Of a DNA stretch of 64,000 nucleotides, positions 10,061 through 20,018 are shown in pieces (positions within the stretch are counted from its first letter, which is position 1; each line of letters opens with the position of its first letter). The DNA is from Enterobacter phage ZX14. Below the pieces are notes generated by a model. It was not told the origin of the DNA. It worked only from the letters and a program-made list of their open reading frames with translations, and ran no database searches. The stretch lies in sequence record PP236086.1, one strand, 5' to 3'. The position numbers were made by a program, and so were the translations under genes.

Positions 10061-10362
10061 TTCAGCTCCAGTAAAATAGCACGAACGACTTGTTCAACTT
10101 CAGCGTTTAATGTATCTGAAGCTAAAGCAAAAATGCAGTTAGCAATACGCTGTGGGTTCAGTTTGGCTTGTTCTACGTAACATTCGGTGCGGCAGCTTAG
10201 TGCACGGAAGATAATTTCTTTGTTACCAATTTCAACAACAAGATTGTAATGACCGTGACGGTTTGCTACACGGAATTCCATACGGACTGATTTAGTTTTA
10301 GAAGTAAGAGTAGCCATTTTGTATCTCCATTTGTTGGTGTAGGAACATACTAACACGAACAA
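10057..10362 (-). CDS. Hypothetical protein
   Basis: A 101 aa ORF with a PeSL promoter upstream. Confidence 0.45.
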   Translation of the reverse strand: MFVLVCSYTNKWRYKMATLTSKTKSVRMEFRVANRHGHYNLVVEIGNKEIIFRALSCRTECYVEQAKLNPQRIANCIFALASDTLNAEVEQVVRAILLELN

Positions 10363-10375
10363 ATGGAGTTGTAAA
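10326..10375 (-). promoter_or_regulatory. Early promoter with stem-loop (PeSL-like): -35 GTTTACA; -10 region inside inverted repeat ccatttgtt/aacaaatgg
   Basis: tgtaaac at 10369-10375; inverted repeat flanking atactaacacg. Confidence 0.55.
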
Positions 10376-10378
10376 CAC

Positions 10379-10783
10379 CTAATCTTCTATGATGTCAGGG
10401 TCAAAGCCCTTTTCGAGGAGGAGTTGTTTGAAGAAACGGATATTGTGAACGAGTTTATCGTCTACAAATATCACAGGATAGCGTATATTGAGAGTAGGGA
10501 ACCCTGCACGCTTAGCTAATGAAACTATAAGAGGTCTGTCGTAAGTGAACCCTACGCCATTCTCTGATGGCGAGAGCACATCATAAAACGAAAATGGAAG
10601 ACCTAAGCCTTCCAAAATCTTACGAACATGAATACAACCAGGACAACGACTTACTGTCTCTGGAATTCCGTAGACCTCAATCTTTAGTGATTGGTTTTCC
10701 ACGTGTAATACCACCTTCATATGACCAGCTATGAATATCCATATATTCACCTTCAGCATTTTCTTTCCAGAGACTAATTTCAA
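10379..10783 (-). CDS. Glutaredoxin/NrdH-like redoxin (CPGC active site)
   Basis: Has a CPGC motif followed by a Grx-like ...PVIFVDDKLV... region. It probably starts at the internal Met (~108 aa) and overlaps the adjacent ORF. Confidence 0.45.
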   Translation of the reverse strand: MKLVSGKKMLKVNIWIFIAGHMKVVLHVENQSLKIEVYGIPETVSRCPGCIHVRKILEGLGLPFSFYDVLSPSENGVGFTYDRPLIVSLAKRAGFPTLNIRYPVIFVDDKLVHNIRFFKQLLLEKGFDPDIIED

Positions 10784-10985
10784 TCAAGAAACCAGTATCA
10801 GCAAATTGGAAATAAACTGAAGGTAGAACACCATGAAGCTCTTGAAGAACATGAATAGATTTCAAATCTTCTTCAGCCCCAACGAAGAAATCTGGGTTCA
10901 GTGTACAACCACCAAACTGGTAGCCGTCACCAAGATCGTCCCACTCTTTCCAATCGATTACTACAAATTCTTCAAAACGTTTCAT
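10677..10985 (-). CDS. Hypothetical protein
   Basis: A 102 aa acidic ORF. Confidence 0.4.
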   Translation of the reverse strand: MKRFEEFVVIDWKEWDDLGDGYQFGGCTLNPDFFVGAEEDLKSIHVLQELHGVLPSVYFQFADTGFLIEISLWKENAEGEYMDIHSWSYEGGITRGKPITKD

Positions 10986-11197
10986 TTGTCAGCCTTTTTC
11001 ATGGCTTCTGCTTTAGCTTCAACCTTAGCGATAGCTTTATCGATAGAAGCTTTGAAGTCAAATTTTTCGCCATCGATTTTAGGGTCAATATAATGAATCA
11101 GTGCGGCAACAATAACAACAGGAATCATAGCAACCATTGCGTATGCCATCAGAATAACAAACAGAATTACAACCAGATATTTACGGAACTGAGTCAT
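10982..11197 (-). CDS. Small membrane protein
   Basis: A 71 aa ORF with one strong TM helix (LVVILFVILMAYAMVAMIPVVIVAALI). Confidence 0.45.
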   Translation of the reverse strand: MTQFRKYLVVILFVILMAYAMVAMIPVVIVAALIHYIDPKIDGEKFDFKASIDKAIAKVEAKAEAMKKADK

Positions 11198-11312
11198 TAG
11201 CCCACCATTTTAGTTAGAGAATCAATAAGAAGCATTGTGTGTAATGCAGGGAATTCTTCACCCATTTTCATAATGAGTTCATACGCATCACAGAGTTGAG
11301 TATTAAGCCAAT

Positions 11313-11786
11313 TCATTTTAACGATTTCCTCAGTTGTTTTTTGAACGAAGCGACCATCTTAGTTTTTGTATCGCTTTCGATATAAGTAAAACCATGTTGT
11401 TTGAACATAGCTATCATATCATCTTTATTACCACGAGCAAATTCTTTTGCTTTATCGGTAACAAAATTAGGATGAATATTGTTTTCGCTATAATCAGTTT
11501 TCAGATAGACGAGCAAATTCTCAAGCCATTCGAGGTAGTCGACATTTTGACCTTTAAGACCAGAGCGGTTGAACTTATGCTTCATTTGTCCTTCTGCAGC
11601 GTTACACAAATTACATAGCAACCCACGAACCTTACCAGCTTTTGGTCCGTTTAGGTCGTGGTCGTGGTCAAGATGATTAGCTTGAACATCAGAGTCTAAA
11701 TCTCTCTTACAGATTAAACACTTGCCATGTTGTGCATCATAAAATTTTTGTTTTTGTTCTTTGTATAGTTTTCCAGTCAAAAGCAT
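11313..11786 (-). CDS. 49: Endonuclease VII (Holliday junction resolvase) gp49
   Basis: 157 aa, the T4 gp49 length. MLLTGKLYKEQKQKFYDAQHGKCLICKR...HLDHDH...GLLCNLCNAAEGQMKHKF is near-identical to T4. Confidence 0.92.
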   Translation of the reverse strand: MLLTGKLYKEQKQKFYDAQHGKCLICKRDLDSDVQANHLDHDHDLNGPKAGKVRGLLCNLCNAAEGQMKHKFNRSGLKGQNVDYLEWLENLLVYLKTDYSENNIHPNFVTDKAKEFARGNKDDMIAMFKQHGFTYIESDTKTKMVASFKKQLRKSLK

Positions 11787-11821
11787 AAGTTCACCCCATA
11801 AGTAGATGAACTTATTTATGC

Positions 11822-12268
11822 TTAGAAAGCCCTGTCAGAAAACTCAAGTTGTTTTTCAAGCTGCTGGATATAATCGGCTGCGGCCTGCATAAGATTGGCT
11901 TCATAACCGTTTACACGGGATTTAGCTTCTTCAAGGCGTACAGTAATTTCCATACCATCGAATTGATTCATAGGAGCTTCTGGGAAAAAGTCAGAAGCAA
12001 GCTCTTCAATTTCTTTCAACTGGTCCATTGTATCTTCACAATAGAAACACCAGAACCAAGAATCACGCCCGTTCACATGAAGATAAGGACCATTCTTGAT
12101 TTTGACTGAAGTAATACCGTCTTCATAGTCACGGTCACGTTCAGCAACAGTAACAACCTTGAACACAACACCTTTCTTCAGTTCCGGAAATTGCATCTGC
12201 AGTTCTTCATCATCAGAAATGATTTCAAAAACTTTATTCACAAGGTTCATAACCAAACTCCATATCAA
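11822..12268 (-). CDS. Hypothetical protein (pin/49.x region)
   Basis: A 148 aa ORF downstream of 49. Confidence 0.4.
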   Translation of the reverse strand: MIWSLVMNLVNKVFEIISDDEELQMQFPELKKGVVFKVVTVAERDRDYEDGITSVKIKNGPYLHVNGRDSWFWCFYCEDTMDQLKEIEELASDFFPEAPMNQFDGMEITVRLEEAKSRVNGYEANLMQAAADYIQQLEKQLEFSDRAF

Positions 12269-12366
12269 TTAACTCATTTAAGGAAGGTTCATCATAACAC
12301 TCTTCCTTCTCTGTGTAAACAGGTTCTTCAGGCTCGACGGTTTCCCATCGAGCTGCATACCATGGC

Positions 12367-12684
12367 TTACTGGTCACGCCAATAGCTTGAGACTTCGAAA
12401 TCGGGAGCATCATCATATTCCCAGAACCATTCACCTACCGGGATATAATCGGTTTGTCCTGTTTCTTTATTCTGGACCGGCTCATAGTCGGTATTTTCGA
12501 GACCAACGAACTGCCATTGGACTTCATAGGCTACACCACCGATGACAACAGTGTTCTCACCCCAAGCATTCTCTACGGCCCATTCGATGCCTTCAGACTT
12601 CGCAAGTGCAACCATATATTCATACAGTTTCCACTCGAGGTCATCTTGAACGCCATCACCCAAATTAATAATTTGACCTTTCAT
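12367..12684 (-). CDS. Hypothetical protein
   Basis: A 105 aa acidic ORF. Confidence 0.4.
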   Translation of the reverse strand: MKGQIINLGDGVQDDLEWKLYEYMVALAKSEGIEWAVENAWGENTVVIGGVAYEVQWQFVGLENTDYEPVQNKETGQTDYIPVGEWFWEYDDAPDFEVSSYWRDQ

Positions 12685-12837
12685 TTTTCAGTTGTTCCAA
12701 TTCTAGTAGATTAAACCACTCAGAGAAAACATCATGTTCCTGTTCTCTGAGTTCCCAGAACATCTTCTCAATTTTCTTTAGACGTTCTAGCTCTTCTATT
12801 GGGATTTGAGTCCATCCCCAAGGAGACGAATGAAGGC

Positions 12838-13107
12838 TCATTTCAGTTGTCCTGCTACAGCACGGAAATCATCGAAACCACCAAGATGGTTATCATTCCA
12901 GAAAATCTGAGGCATGGTGATACCTACCTTACTTTCACGACCAAGACGTTTCAGAAGGTCGGCGATAACAGCGTCATCGAATACTTCTTTCTGAGGCATC
13001 ACATTAACAAACTCAAATGGAATACCTTTCATCGTCGCCAGGCGTTTAGCATTATCACAATACTGGCATTTATGGATTGTGCTGTCGTAGCCAAAAATCG
13101 TTAACAT
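12838..13107 (-). CDS. nrdC: Thioredoxin/glutaredoxin NrdC
   Basis: The 89 aa ORF MLTIFGYDSTIHKCQYCDNAKRL...GITMPQIF... matches T4 NrdC (CxYC active site). Confidence 0.85.
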   Translation of the reverse strand: MLTIFGYDSTIHKCQYCDNAKRLATMKGIPFEFVNVMPQKEVFDDAVIADLLKRLGRESKVGITMPQIFWNDNHLGGFDDFRAVAGQLK

Positions 13108-13384
13108 CTTCGTCTATTTCCTTAAAAATTTGTTCGAGTACATCATTAAAATCAGGATGCGTATGGAGTGGATGACTCCAATTGGAATAACCTTGAACGC
13201 CAAGACGTTTACGTGCTTCGTGGTAAATCGCATTAGAGGCAAAGTTCTTGGCTTTTGTCATAGCTGATTTTATCACAGAATCACTTGGAGCAGAATTATT
13301 CTCTTTGTGATACATCATGAATAAACGCAGAGCACAACGCTCTGCTTCTTCCATATATTCTTTACGTTGTTTAGCCAATTTCAA
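13070..13384 (-). CDS. Hypothetical protein
   Basis: 104 aa ORF. Confidence 0.4.
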   Translation of the reverse strand: MKLAKQRKEYMEEAERCALRLFMMYHKENNSAPSDSVIKSAMTKAKNFASNAIYHEARKRLGVQGYSNWSHPLHTHPDFNDVLEQIFKEIDEDVNDFWLRQHNP

Positions 13385-13715
13385 TCACCTTTTTATATGC
13401 TTCATGACCAGCAATAGCAATACGTTCAGACATCGGCAGTGATGTCTCTGGTTGCTGGGCTAACTGAGTTGCTGCATTGATTTTAAACATGATAATATCA
13501 AAATCTGTTGCAGCATGAATAGAACGATGAACGTGGTCCATATTCAAGGCTTCGCCTTTTTCTTCAGCGTATTGGAGACAAATTTTAGCCGTAACACCAC
13601 GAAGTTCTTTAAACAGAGCTTTCATTTCAGGGGTATTAGAAATTTTTTCTTTATTGTCAAATGGATTCATTTTATACCCCAGGGAAAATGGTTTTAACAC
13701 GTTCAGCAATGGCAC
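13371..13715 (-). CDS. Hypothetical protein
   Basis: 114 aa ORF. Confidence 0.4.
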   Translation of the reverse strand: MPLLNVLKPFSLGYKMNPFDNKEKISNTPEMKALFKELRGVTAKICLQYAEEKGEALNMDHVHRSIHAATDFDIIMFKINAATQLAQQPETSLPMSERIAIAGHEAYKKVIEIG

Positions 13716-14172
13716 GGTCTAGAACTTCAGTGAACTTCTTGTTCAGACGATCAACAATAAGTTGTTCCATACGGGCTTCAGACATATTCAGAGCATTTTC
13801 AATACGTCCTTCAAGGTCTTTAATAGCCTTTTCAACCTGGTCGCTTACTGCACCCATCACTTGAGAATAGGCAACACGATTTGCTTCTTCTTTCATGACA
13901 CGTTCTAATTCAAAAGTACCTTCAACTTTATTCCAGCCTTTAGAGACAAAGAACTTATTCATCTGTTCTTTAACCATAGGAGTTACGTCCGGCAGGCGGG
14001 CGCCTACGAGGCTAATTTCTTTCTGGATAGTTTCTTGTACTTTGTTCTTACTATTCTTCAGGACAAGTTCTTGCACAACGTTATTGATGACAGATTGCTG
14101 CAGTTCAACACGTGACTCTTCATCACTAAACAGTTTCAGTACAGCATTTGTATCAAGTTTCAAACTAATCAT
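13672..14172 (-). CDS. Hypothetical coiled-coil protein
   Basis: 166 aa ORF. Confidence 0.4.
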   Translation of the reverse strand: MISLKLDTNAVLKLFSDEESRVELQQSVINNVVQELVLKNSKNKVQETIQKEISLVGARLPDVTPMVKEQMNKFFVSKGWNKVEGTFELERVMKEEANRVAYSQVMGAVSDQVEKAIKDLEGRIENALNMSEARMEQLIVDRLNKKFTEVLDRAIAERVKTIFPGV

Positions 14173-14337
14173 TACGAGGCTCCTTAGGAGTAATCACAAG
14201 TGTTTTATCGCCAATAGCATTAATTACATCGGAGATAATATTATTAGGCATTGGTTGGACTTCGCAAATGCTTTTAGCAAATGCCTCAATATCTAAAGCC
14301 GTTCGAGCTTTTACTTCTTTTAATTTTTCCAAATCAA

Positions 14338-14646
14338 TCATTTTGCCTTTCTCTCAAATCGATGTTTACATGAACGGCATTTATATGCTAGAGTTGGGGT
14401 ACACCAACTCACCAATTGAACCTGTACTGTACCACATTTTTCACATACTGGCATATCTTTTGCTGCGGCTTCACGCCGATCTGCCATTTCTAGAACACGA
14501 GCCCATTGAACTGCTTTATGTACTTCGCCGATAGCGTCTTCATCGGTGATAACAAGTTCTTCTAATGAAGGACCTTTTTCAAGGTCCACTTCAGTCCAGC
14601 CTTCAGGTAAGGATAAATCTAAATCTTCGGCTAATTGGTTTTTCAT
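14338..14646 (-). CDS. Hypothetical zinc-ribbon protein
   Basis: A 102 aa ORF ending CEKCG...CRSCKHRF (C4 ribbon). Confidence 0.45.
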   Translation of the reverse strand: MKNQLAEDLDLSLPEGWTEVDLEKGPSLEELVITDEDAIGEVHKAVQWARVLEMADRREAAAKDMPVCEKCGTVQVQLVSWCTPTLAYKCRSCKHRFERKAK

Positions 14647-15659
14647 TTACGCAATTCCTGCATTGCATGAAGTAGTTTAGCACGTTGTACACGAATCTTA
14701 TCTGCTTTACCAGTGAGCTCATCAATCTGACGGTCGTAATCGTCTACAATCAGAGTCATTTCATTCACAGACTTTTCCATTTCTTTATAGAAATGTTCTT
14801 CGACTGGGACCGATTCAGGCTTGTAGATTTTAAGGAAATTCGCTTTAGAAGTATCTACAGACAGTTCGCCTTTAATAACTTCTTTTGGCTCATCAAAATC
14901 AGGAGCTTTAACTTGCGGTGCACGAACAGTTATTGCGAATACAACTGTCGAGCCTAAACGTCGGAACGTATAATGGAACAATTCCGGGTTAGTCGCATTC
15001 ATAAAAGCACGAAGTTGTGCAAACGTCTTTTCTTCAGGGGCATGATTGACAATTGTGACAGTGAATTTATTATCACAGCCCGAGATCATTTTAGCATCAA
15101 GATAAGGCAGTGGTTCGCGGCCGGTTTTAAATTCGAGCTCTCGACTACTTCCTACACACAAGCGAGAACCGAGAGCCAGAATCATACGCCAGTTGTAGTT
15201 AAACTCTGAACAGAAGCTTTGAGTATAAGCTTTCATTGTCGGAGAACACGCCGAAGTGAAATGACCACGAGCGTTCTTACGAGTGAACTTCATACCTTCT
15301 TTACGCTCGCCAAACTGAGAGATACGTTTCAGTGCTCGTTCGACAGCAAAATATTTACTATCACGGAGAGCTTTATAGAAGTCGTATACGCACAGATAAT
15401 TAAATGTTGGCGACAGAGGAGGTAGACGATTCATGATTTCTTGAATACCAATATGTTTAATCGCATTGATATCAAGAGACAGCGCCATCTGACGAATAAA
15501 AGGTCCAATATCATCAGGATGGTTCTTTATCACAGTAGATGAATCGGTGAAATCATTTTTATAATGATTGGACGGATGACGGAAATGGTTTGCCGCTACA
15601 CGGCACGCTTCGCGTACTACAATTCTGTTATTCATTTTCAATTCTTTTGCTACTGACAT
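14643..15659 (-). CDS. Hypothetical protein (nrdC.x region)
   Basis: A 338 aa ORF with a coiled-coil C-terminus; no motif recognised. Confidence 0.5.
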   Translation of the reverse strand: MSVAKELKMNNRIVVREACRVAANHFRHPSNHYKNDFTDSSTVIKNHPDDIGPFIRQMALSLDINAIKHIGIQEIMNRLPPLSPTFNYLCVYDFYKALRDSKYFAVERALKRISQFGERKEGMKFTRKNARGHFTSACSPTMKAYTQSFCSEFNYNWRMILALGSRLCVGSSRELEFKTGREPLPYLDAKMISGCDNKFTVTIVNHAPEEKTFAQLRAFMNATNPELFHYTFRRLGSTVVFAITVRAPQVKAPDFDEPKEVIKGELSVDTSKANFLKIYKPESVPVEEHFYKEMEKSVNEMTLIVDDYDRQIDELTGKADKIRVQRAKLLHAMQELRK

Positions 15660-15747
15660 AATATTTTCCTCTATCTTTCTTGGCTGATAAATAATCCCGT
15701 TTTGAAAGGACCATGATTCATTATACCATAGCCCTTTCTAAAGCGTT

Positions 15748-15957
15748 TTAGTCGAAAATCATTTCACAAATCCAAACGAATGGGCTGATCAATACTTTAA
15801 GGATATAAAATACCCAGAACACAGGCCACATCACAACGACCATTGCTGCGGTGTTTCCATCAAAGTCATCTAAGAACCAATCCCCAACCCAGCGGAAATA
15901 AAAGGCTGATGCAAAGCCTACAATAATGTAAGCTACTGCGAATAAAATAACTTCCAT
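15748..15957 (-). CDS. Small membrane protein
   Basis: A 69 aa ORF with two TM helices. Confidence 0.45.
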   Translation of the reverse strand: MEVILFAVAYIIVGFASAFYFRWVGDWFLDDFDGNTAAMVVVMWPVFWVFYILKVLISPFVWICEMIFD

Positions 15958-16379
15958 TAGGGCCTCGAATCAATAATTCGTAATTGAGCTTGTTTGTAGG
16001 TATAAATTGCTTCTTTAAGCTGCGAGTTGCTCACTTTAAGATTAGTGTTATACCATTTATTCAGGTCTTGATGCTTTTTGTAAACTTCTTGAAGCTTATT
16101 ATTGGCTTCAATTAAAGCATCTTGGAGTTTTGCGAACTGAGCTTCCATGACTTCGCGTTTAACGCTTCCATCATAGTTCAGAGCACAAAGAACATTAGTA
16201 TGGCGCCAGAGCTCTCTGAGTTCGCCTAGAACGTTTTTATCTTTACCCCAATTAAACTTATACAGTTCTTCACAAACGGCTTCAGCCTGCTTCTCAGCTT
16301 TACCTTTAGCCATCCCAGCATAGATGTGAGCAGGTGGATAAAGGGCCGTGTTATCGACCCAGTTTGAAAGAATAAACAT
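15957..16379 (-). CDS. Hypothetical protein
   Basis: 140 aa ORF. Confidence 0.45.
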   Translation of the reverse strand: MFILSNWVDNTALYPPAHIYAGMAKGKAEKQAEAVCEELYKFNWGKDKNVLGELRELWRHTNVLCALNYDGSVKREVMEAQFAKLQDALIEANNKLQEVYKKHQDLNKWYNTNLKVSNSQLKEAIYTYKQAQLRIIDSRP

Positions 16380-17149
16380 TAAATCACCACTGATGAAGGA
16401 CGTTTAAAGAAAGAATGAGTAATGTCATTCACTGCTTGCGTAAACGTAGCTTTAAATTCAATATCACCACGGTAGTCATTTGGTACACATTTAGGAAGTG
16501 AACCATAAACCGTAGCACCATTTTCTAGTCGAACAGTCATCTTAGCGACCGGGCCATAAATATCCATCCACTCTTTGACTGAAACAACCTTACCTTTTAC
16601 TGTCTGTTTGCCCACAGGAGCTTCGCCTTTGGACTTATTCAGCTCAGCATAATAATTACTATACCAAGCTTCAGAATACGCCTGAATCGCTTCCAGGATG
16701 GTTTTATGTGCACGTACTTTACACATACCAGCCTTATGACCGCCTTCCAAATCCCATACTTTGTACGGAGTCTGGATTTCTACTTTATCTAAAGCTTTGA
16801 TTTCTTTGTACATGTCATAAGTCAAACGCAGTTTCCACCAACCGTGGTCACCGGTATACTCAGGTTTGTCAAAGTTATCAAGCTCGGTGACATATGGAAG
16901 GTAACTACCAGCGTGATACGCTTCCACTTCACCTAATTCATTTTCCCACAAGTAACCATCAAATGGTGCATGTGGACGGTCATCAACACCCCAGGTAGGA
17001 GCTACGACTTTATCGAATGATTCACGTCCGTAGAGGGACTTGCTCCAACCTGAGTTCAACTCCTCGGCGCGTTTTTCAACTTTCGCTCGGTGCTCACGGT
17101 GGGCTTTACGATTTTCTTCAAAAAGGTCATTGATGATTTTAGTTAACAT
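16379..17149 (-). CDS. Hypothetical protein
   Basis: A 256 aa ORF with a PeSL promoter just upstream. Confidence 0.5.
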   Translation of the reverse strand: MLTKIINDLFEENRKAHREHRAKVEKRAEELNSGWSKSLYGRESFDKVVAPTWGVDDRPHAPFDGYLWENELGEVEAYHAGSYLPYVTELDNFDKPEYTGDHGWWKLRLTYDMYKEIKALDKVEIQTPYKVWDLEGGHKAGMCKVRAHKTILEAIQAYSEAWYSNYYAELNKSKGEAPVGKQTVKGKVVSVKEWMDIYGPVAKMTVRLENGATVYGSLPKCVPNDYRGDIEFKATFTQAVNDITHSFFKRPSSVVI

Positions 17150-17165
17150 TTTATATCTCCATGTT

Positions 17166-17205
17166 GGTGTAGGAACATACTAACACGCTCCTACACCGTT
17201 GTAAA
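17166..17205 (-). promoter_or_regulatory. PeSL-like early promoter (ggtgtagga...ctcctacacc + GTTTACA)
   Basis: tgtaaac at 17199-17205. Confidence 0.55.
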
Positions 17206-17394
17206 CTACTTCTTATAAATGACGTAGATTACCCATACCGGCCAGAAGAAAATGATAAAAAGATTCTTCGGGAGCCGTTTCATTGCTGTTTTGCCTTTAA
17301 CATATCCTGACGACATTGCAGCTATCAGTAGGCCAGAAATTAACCAAGTCATAGGAGCAACAACAAAAGCCAAAGCCATTGCTAGAGGAGTCAT
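17206..17394 (-). CDS. Small membrane protein
   Basis: A 62 aa ORF with two TM helices. Confidence 0.4.
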   Translation of the reverse strand: MTPLAMALAFVVAPMTWLISGLLIAAMSSGYVKGKTAMKRLPKNLFIIFFWPVWVIYVIYKK

Positions 17395-17566
17395 TAGTCT
17401 TCCTTATTCACACAATAGAAAATCCATACAGGCCACGCCAAGATGCAACACAAGGTCTTGAACATGTTGCTTCTGCGAAGCTTAATGCCTGTGATAGAGA
17501 TGCACCCGGCACCAACAGCAAACCATGATACAACACCAATGATGTTGGCCAAAAGTACAGGTTCCA

Positions 17567-17905
17567 TCAGTAATAGGTCCTTTCATCATATTCACCACCG
17601 AACCAAGCACTCACAGGCGCTTTAGGTTGAGTAGCTTTTTTGTAATCGAGATGAGCCAGGTTTTTAGCAATCTGGTAACCACGAGTTGCATTAATCTGCT
17701 CACGGTCCATAGTAACCAAGGACTTCGTTTTCGCAATCAGCGTCACACGTCTACGTAAGTGAGGCAGCGTAATAGGATACATTCGCATCTGATGGAAAGC
17801 TACGTTCATGAACTGGATATGCTTAGCTACGGCACGTTCCATAGCTTTCTTGAAGTCTTGAGAGGCGTTAAACAGCGCCCATTCTAAACGATTAATCGGA
17901 GTCAT
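17567..17905 (-). CDS. Hypothetical protein
   Basis: 112 aa ORF. Confidence 0.4.
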   Translation of the reverse strand: MTPINRLEWALFNASQDFKKAMERAVAKHIQFMNVAFHQMRMYPITLPHLRRRVTLIAKTKSLVTMDREQINATRGYQIAKNLAHLDYKKATQPKAPVSAWFGGEYDERTYY

Positions 17906-18097
17906 TTAATCACCCATTAAGTCATTAATGTCAGAACGATAGATGTTTGCTTCAGCAACTTCTTCGCCATCAAGAGAGGCTTTAATAGAAAGCGTACCAA
18001 ACAAATCATCATAGTTAACACTCAGCTCGAGTTCTTCACGAATAACACGTTTCACTTCAAGCCGAATCATTTCTTTAATTTGTTCTGAAGTTATCAT
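17906..18097 (-). CDS. Hypothetical protein
   Basis: 63 aa acidic ORF. Confidence 0.35.
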   Translation of the reverse strand: MITSEQIKEMIRLEVKRVIREELELSVNYDDLFGTLSIKASLDGEEVAEANIYRSDINDLMGD

Positions 18098-18597
18098 TGG
18101 TCTTCACCATTGTAGATTTCTTCTTCAGTATAGACCTTATGTTTACGTTCCATTACATAGCAGTATGGGTCGTCGATATCCATACGCTGCCAGAAGCAAC
18201 CAAGTTGGATATTTTTAGGGTTATTAGTATGGCTGCCGGTACAACGTCCGCGGTCACGACGAGAGTAACGATGAACACCGTTTTCATCCATAATGGTTTC
18301 ATAACCGGTGCGAGTTCTACTAACACCTTCAAGGTCTTTGAACTTGACCATCTTGACGTTATCGCCACTTAAGGTTTCATAAGTCCAACCTTCTTCAAAG
18401 TACTTTGCTTGACCGCCGTTGACCATAACGATGATATCTTCGATATTTTCCGCCGGATAAGCAATACCAACATTAACACCATGCTGATAAACTGCCTGGA
18501 ATTCGTTTTCGGCTGAAATAGTAGCTTTACGGAATTTACCATCCCAAACACCATCAACAAAACGTTTGAATTTGATTTCATAAGTCCAGAGTTTCAT
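18094..18597 (-). CDS. Hypothetical protein
   Basis: 167 aa ORF. Confidence 0.45.
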   Translation of the reverse strand: MKLWTYEIKFKRFVDGVWDGKFRKATISAENEFQAVYQHGVNVGIAYPAENIEDIIVMVNGGQAKYFEEGWTYETLSGDNVKMVKFKDLEGVSRTRTGYETIMDENGVHRYSRRDRGRCTGSHTNNPKNIQLGCFWQRMDIDDPYCYVMERKHKVYTEEEIYNGEDQ

Positions 18598-18809
18598 TAT
18601 GCCACCTGCAGTTTAGAGTTGATTTTAGAACCGATGAATAGCGCACCAGCAATAGCTACTCCACATACAAGACCACCAACAAACAGGTCTGTAATAGCTT
18701 GTTGCTTGTCAAGAACCCAGGTCATTTTAGCAATCATTTCATGACGAAGAGCCAGTTCAGAATTACCGATCAGTGCATAGAACAGTGAAGCAATATAGTT
18801 AGTGAACAT
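18597..18809 (-). CDS. Small membrane protein
   Basis: 70 aa ORF with a TM helix. Confidence 0.4.
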   Translation of the reverse strand: MFTNYIASLFYALIGNSELALRHEMIAKMTWVLDKQQAITDLFVGGLVCGVAIAGALFIGSKINSKLQVA

Positions 18810-18819
18810 TTTATTTTCC

Positions 18820-18981
18820 TCAAATCAGATGAACAGTATTATCACGTTTGTAGATGTCAATAAGCATTTGGCTAGGTTCTTCATAAGTGAAGTGGTTATA
18901 TGCTTTGACCGCCGTTACAGCAACTAATGCCATTACTACAACTTTCATAGTTTCAGAGAATACTGCTTTTAAAAATTTCAT
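18820..18981 (-). CDS. Unlisted small membrane peptide (53 aa)
   Basis: ATG at 18981-18979 with a strong SD (GGAGAACGAA ATG on the minus strand), then MKFLKAVFSETMKVVVMALVAVTAVKAYNH.... A PeSL promoter lies just upstream. Confidence 0.45.
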   Translation of the reverse strand: MKFLKAVFSETMKVVVMALVAVTAVKAYNHFTYEEPSQMLIDIYKRDNTVHLI

Positions 18982-18994
18982 TTCGTTCTCCATG

Positions 18995-19034
18995 TTGGTA
19001 GGAAGACTATACCATGTCCTCCTACCATTGTAAA
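18995..19034 (-). promoter_or_regulatory. PeSL-like early promoter (ggtaggaag...cctcctacc + GTTTACA)
   Basis: tgtaaac at 19028-19034. Confidence 0.5.
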
Positions 19035-19037
19035 CAC

Positions 19038-20018
19038 TTACTTCAGAAGAGTAACTTCAGCAATCTCTTCCCAACCATTTGGGTCGGTGGCGACGAAGTC
19101 AGCCAGATAAAGCGCTGTACGTAAGGATACGTTACGGAGCTTAGTTACATTAGCCTTCATCCAGTTGAGCGCCATGGACGTCTGAGCGTCGCTTAAACCA
19201 CGTTTCTGCATCATGTTGGTGTTCAGAATTACATCTTCAACACGAACCATGATTTCTTCGTTTGAGTGAACACCCAGGTCCAGATAAACTGAACGTGATA
19301 CAAGAGCATGAAGATGTGGAGCAAGTTTAGAACCACGTTCTAATTCTTTATCGATATCAACGTTAGTGATGAACACGATAGTGCCTTCGAACTCGAATTC
19401 TTTATCGATGTTTTTGTCATCGAGATAAGCAGAAGCAGTGCTCCAGCAAACTTTACGAGTTTCACCTGTATCAAGTGCTGCTTTCAGGAGGTTAAGCATA
19501 TCCATATCAGAGAATACGTCAACATCATCAATAAGCAGAACGCTATTTGCATCACGGTTGTTCCAAAGTTGCTCATAAAGACCGATACCAGAGATTTTAC
19601 CGTTGATGCTTTTATAAACAATTTCACCATATTCATGAGCAGTTTTCAGAGCTTTATCCAGGCTATAAGTCTTACCAATACCTGCAGCACCAGAGATGAT
19701 TAATGAACGAATGTTGCCAGTGATAATGCCTTTGGTCATCATGTTCATTACTGTAAAGCGTTTGTTGATACGCTGTTTCATTTCCTCAACTGACTCAACA
19801 GTAGCCAGTGGAGAAACCTCCATACCTTCCATTTCGATGTCGGATTTGAACACCCATACACCACGTTCTTTACCATCAACTTGGATGAAGACTTTACCAT
19901 CGCCAAGATGTGCTTCATGAGCAGGTACTGCATCTGGGAACCAAGTCTTGGTAGCAACAAACTTACCAGAGATATCGTTACCGCGGAAAGTACCTTTGTT
20001 GATTTGAACGTTGAACAT
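19038..20018 (-). CDS. P-loop NTPase (AAA-like)
   Basis: A 326 aa ORF with Walker A GAAGIGKT and Walker B VLLIDDVDV. Confidence 0.6.
   Translation of the reverse strand: MFNVQINKGTFRGNDISGKFVATKTWFPDAVPAHEAHLGDGKVFIQVDGKERGVWVFKSDIEMEGMEVSPLATVESVEEMKQRINKRFTVMNMMTKGIITGNIRSLIISGAAGIGKTYSLDKALKTAHEYGEIVYKSINGKISGIGLYEQLWNNRDANSVLLIDDVDVFSDMDMLNLLKAALDTGETRKVCWSTASAYLDDKNIDKEFEFEGTIVFITNVDIDKELERGSKLAPHLHALVSRSVYLDLGVHSNEEIMVRVEDVILNTNMMQKRGLSDAQTSMALNWMKANVTKLRNVSLRTALYLADFVATDPNGWEEIAEVTLLK

Noticed and set aside
12234-12434. 66 aa ORF overlapping both flanking ORFs
   Set aside because: It overlaps its neighbours on both sides, so it was not listed, although it could be real with an internal start.
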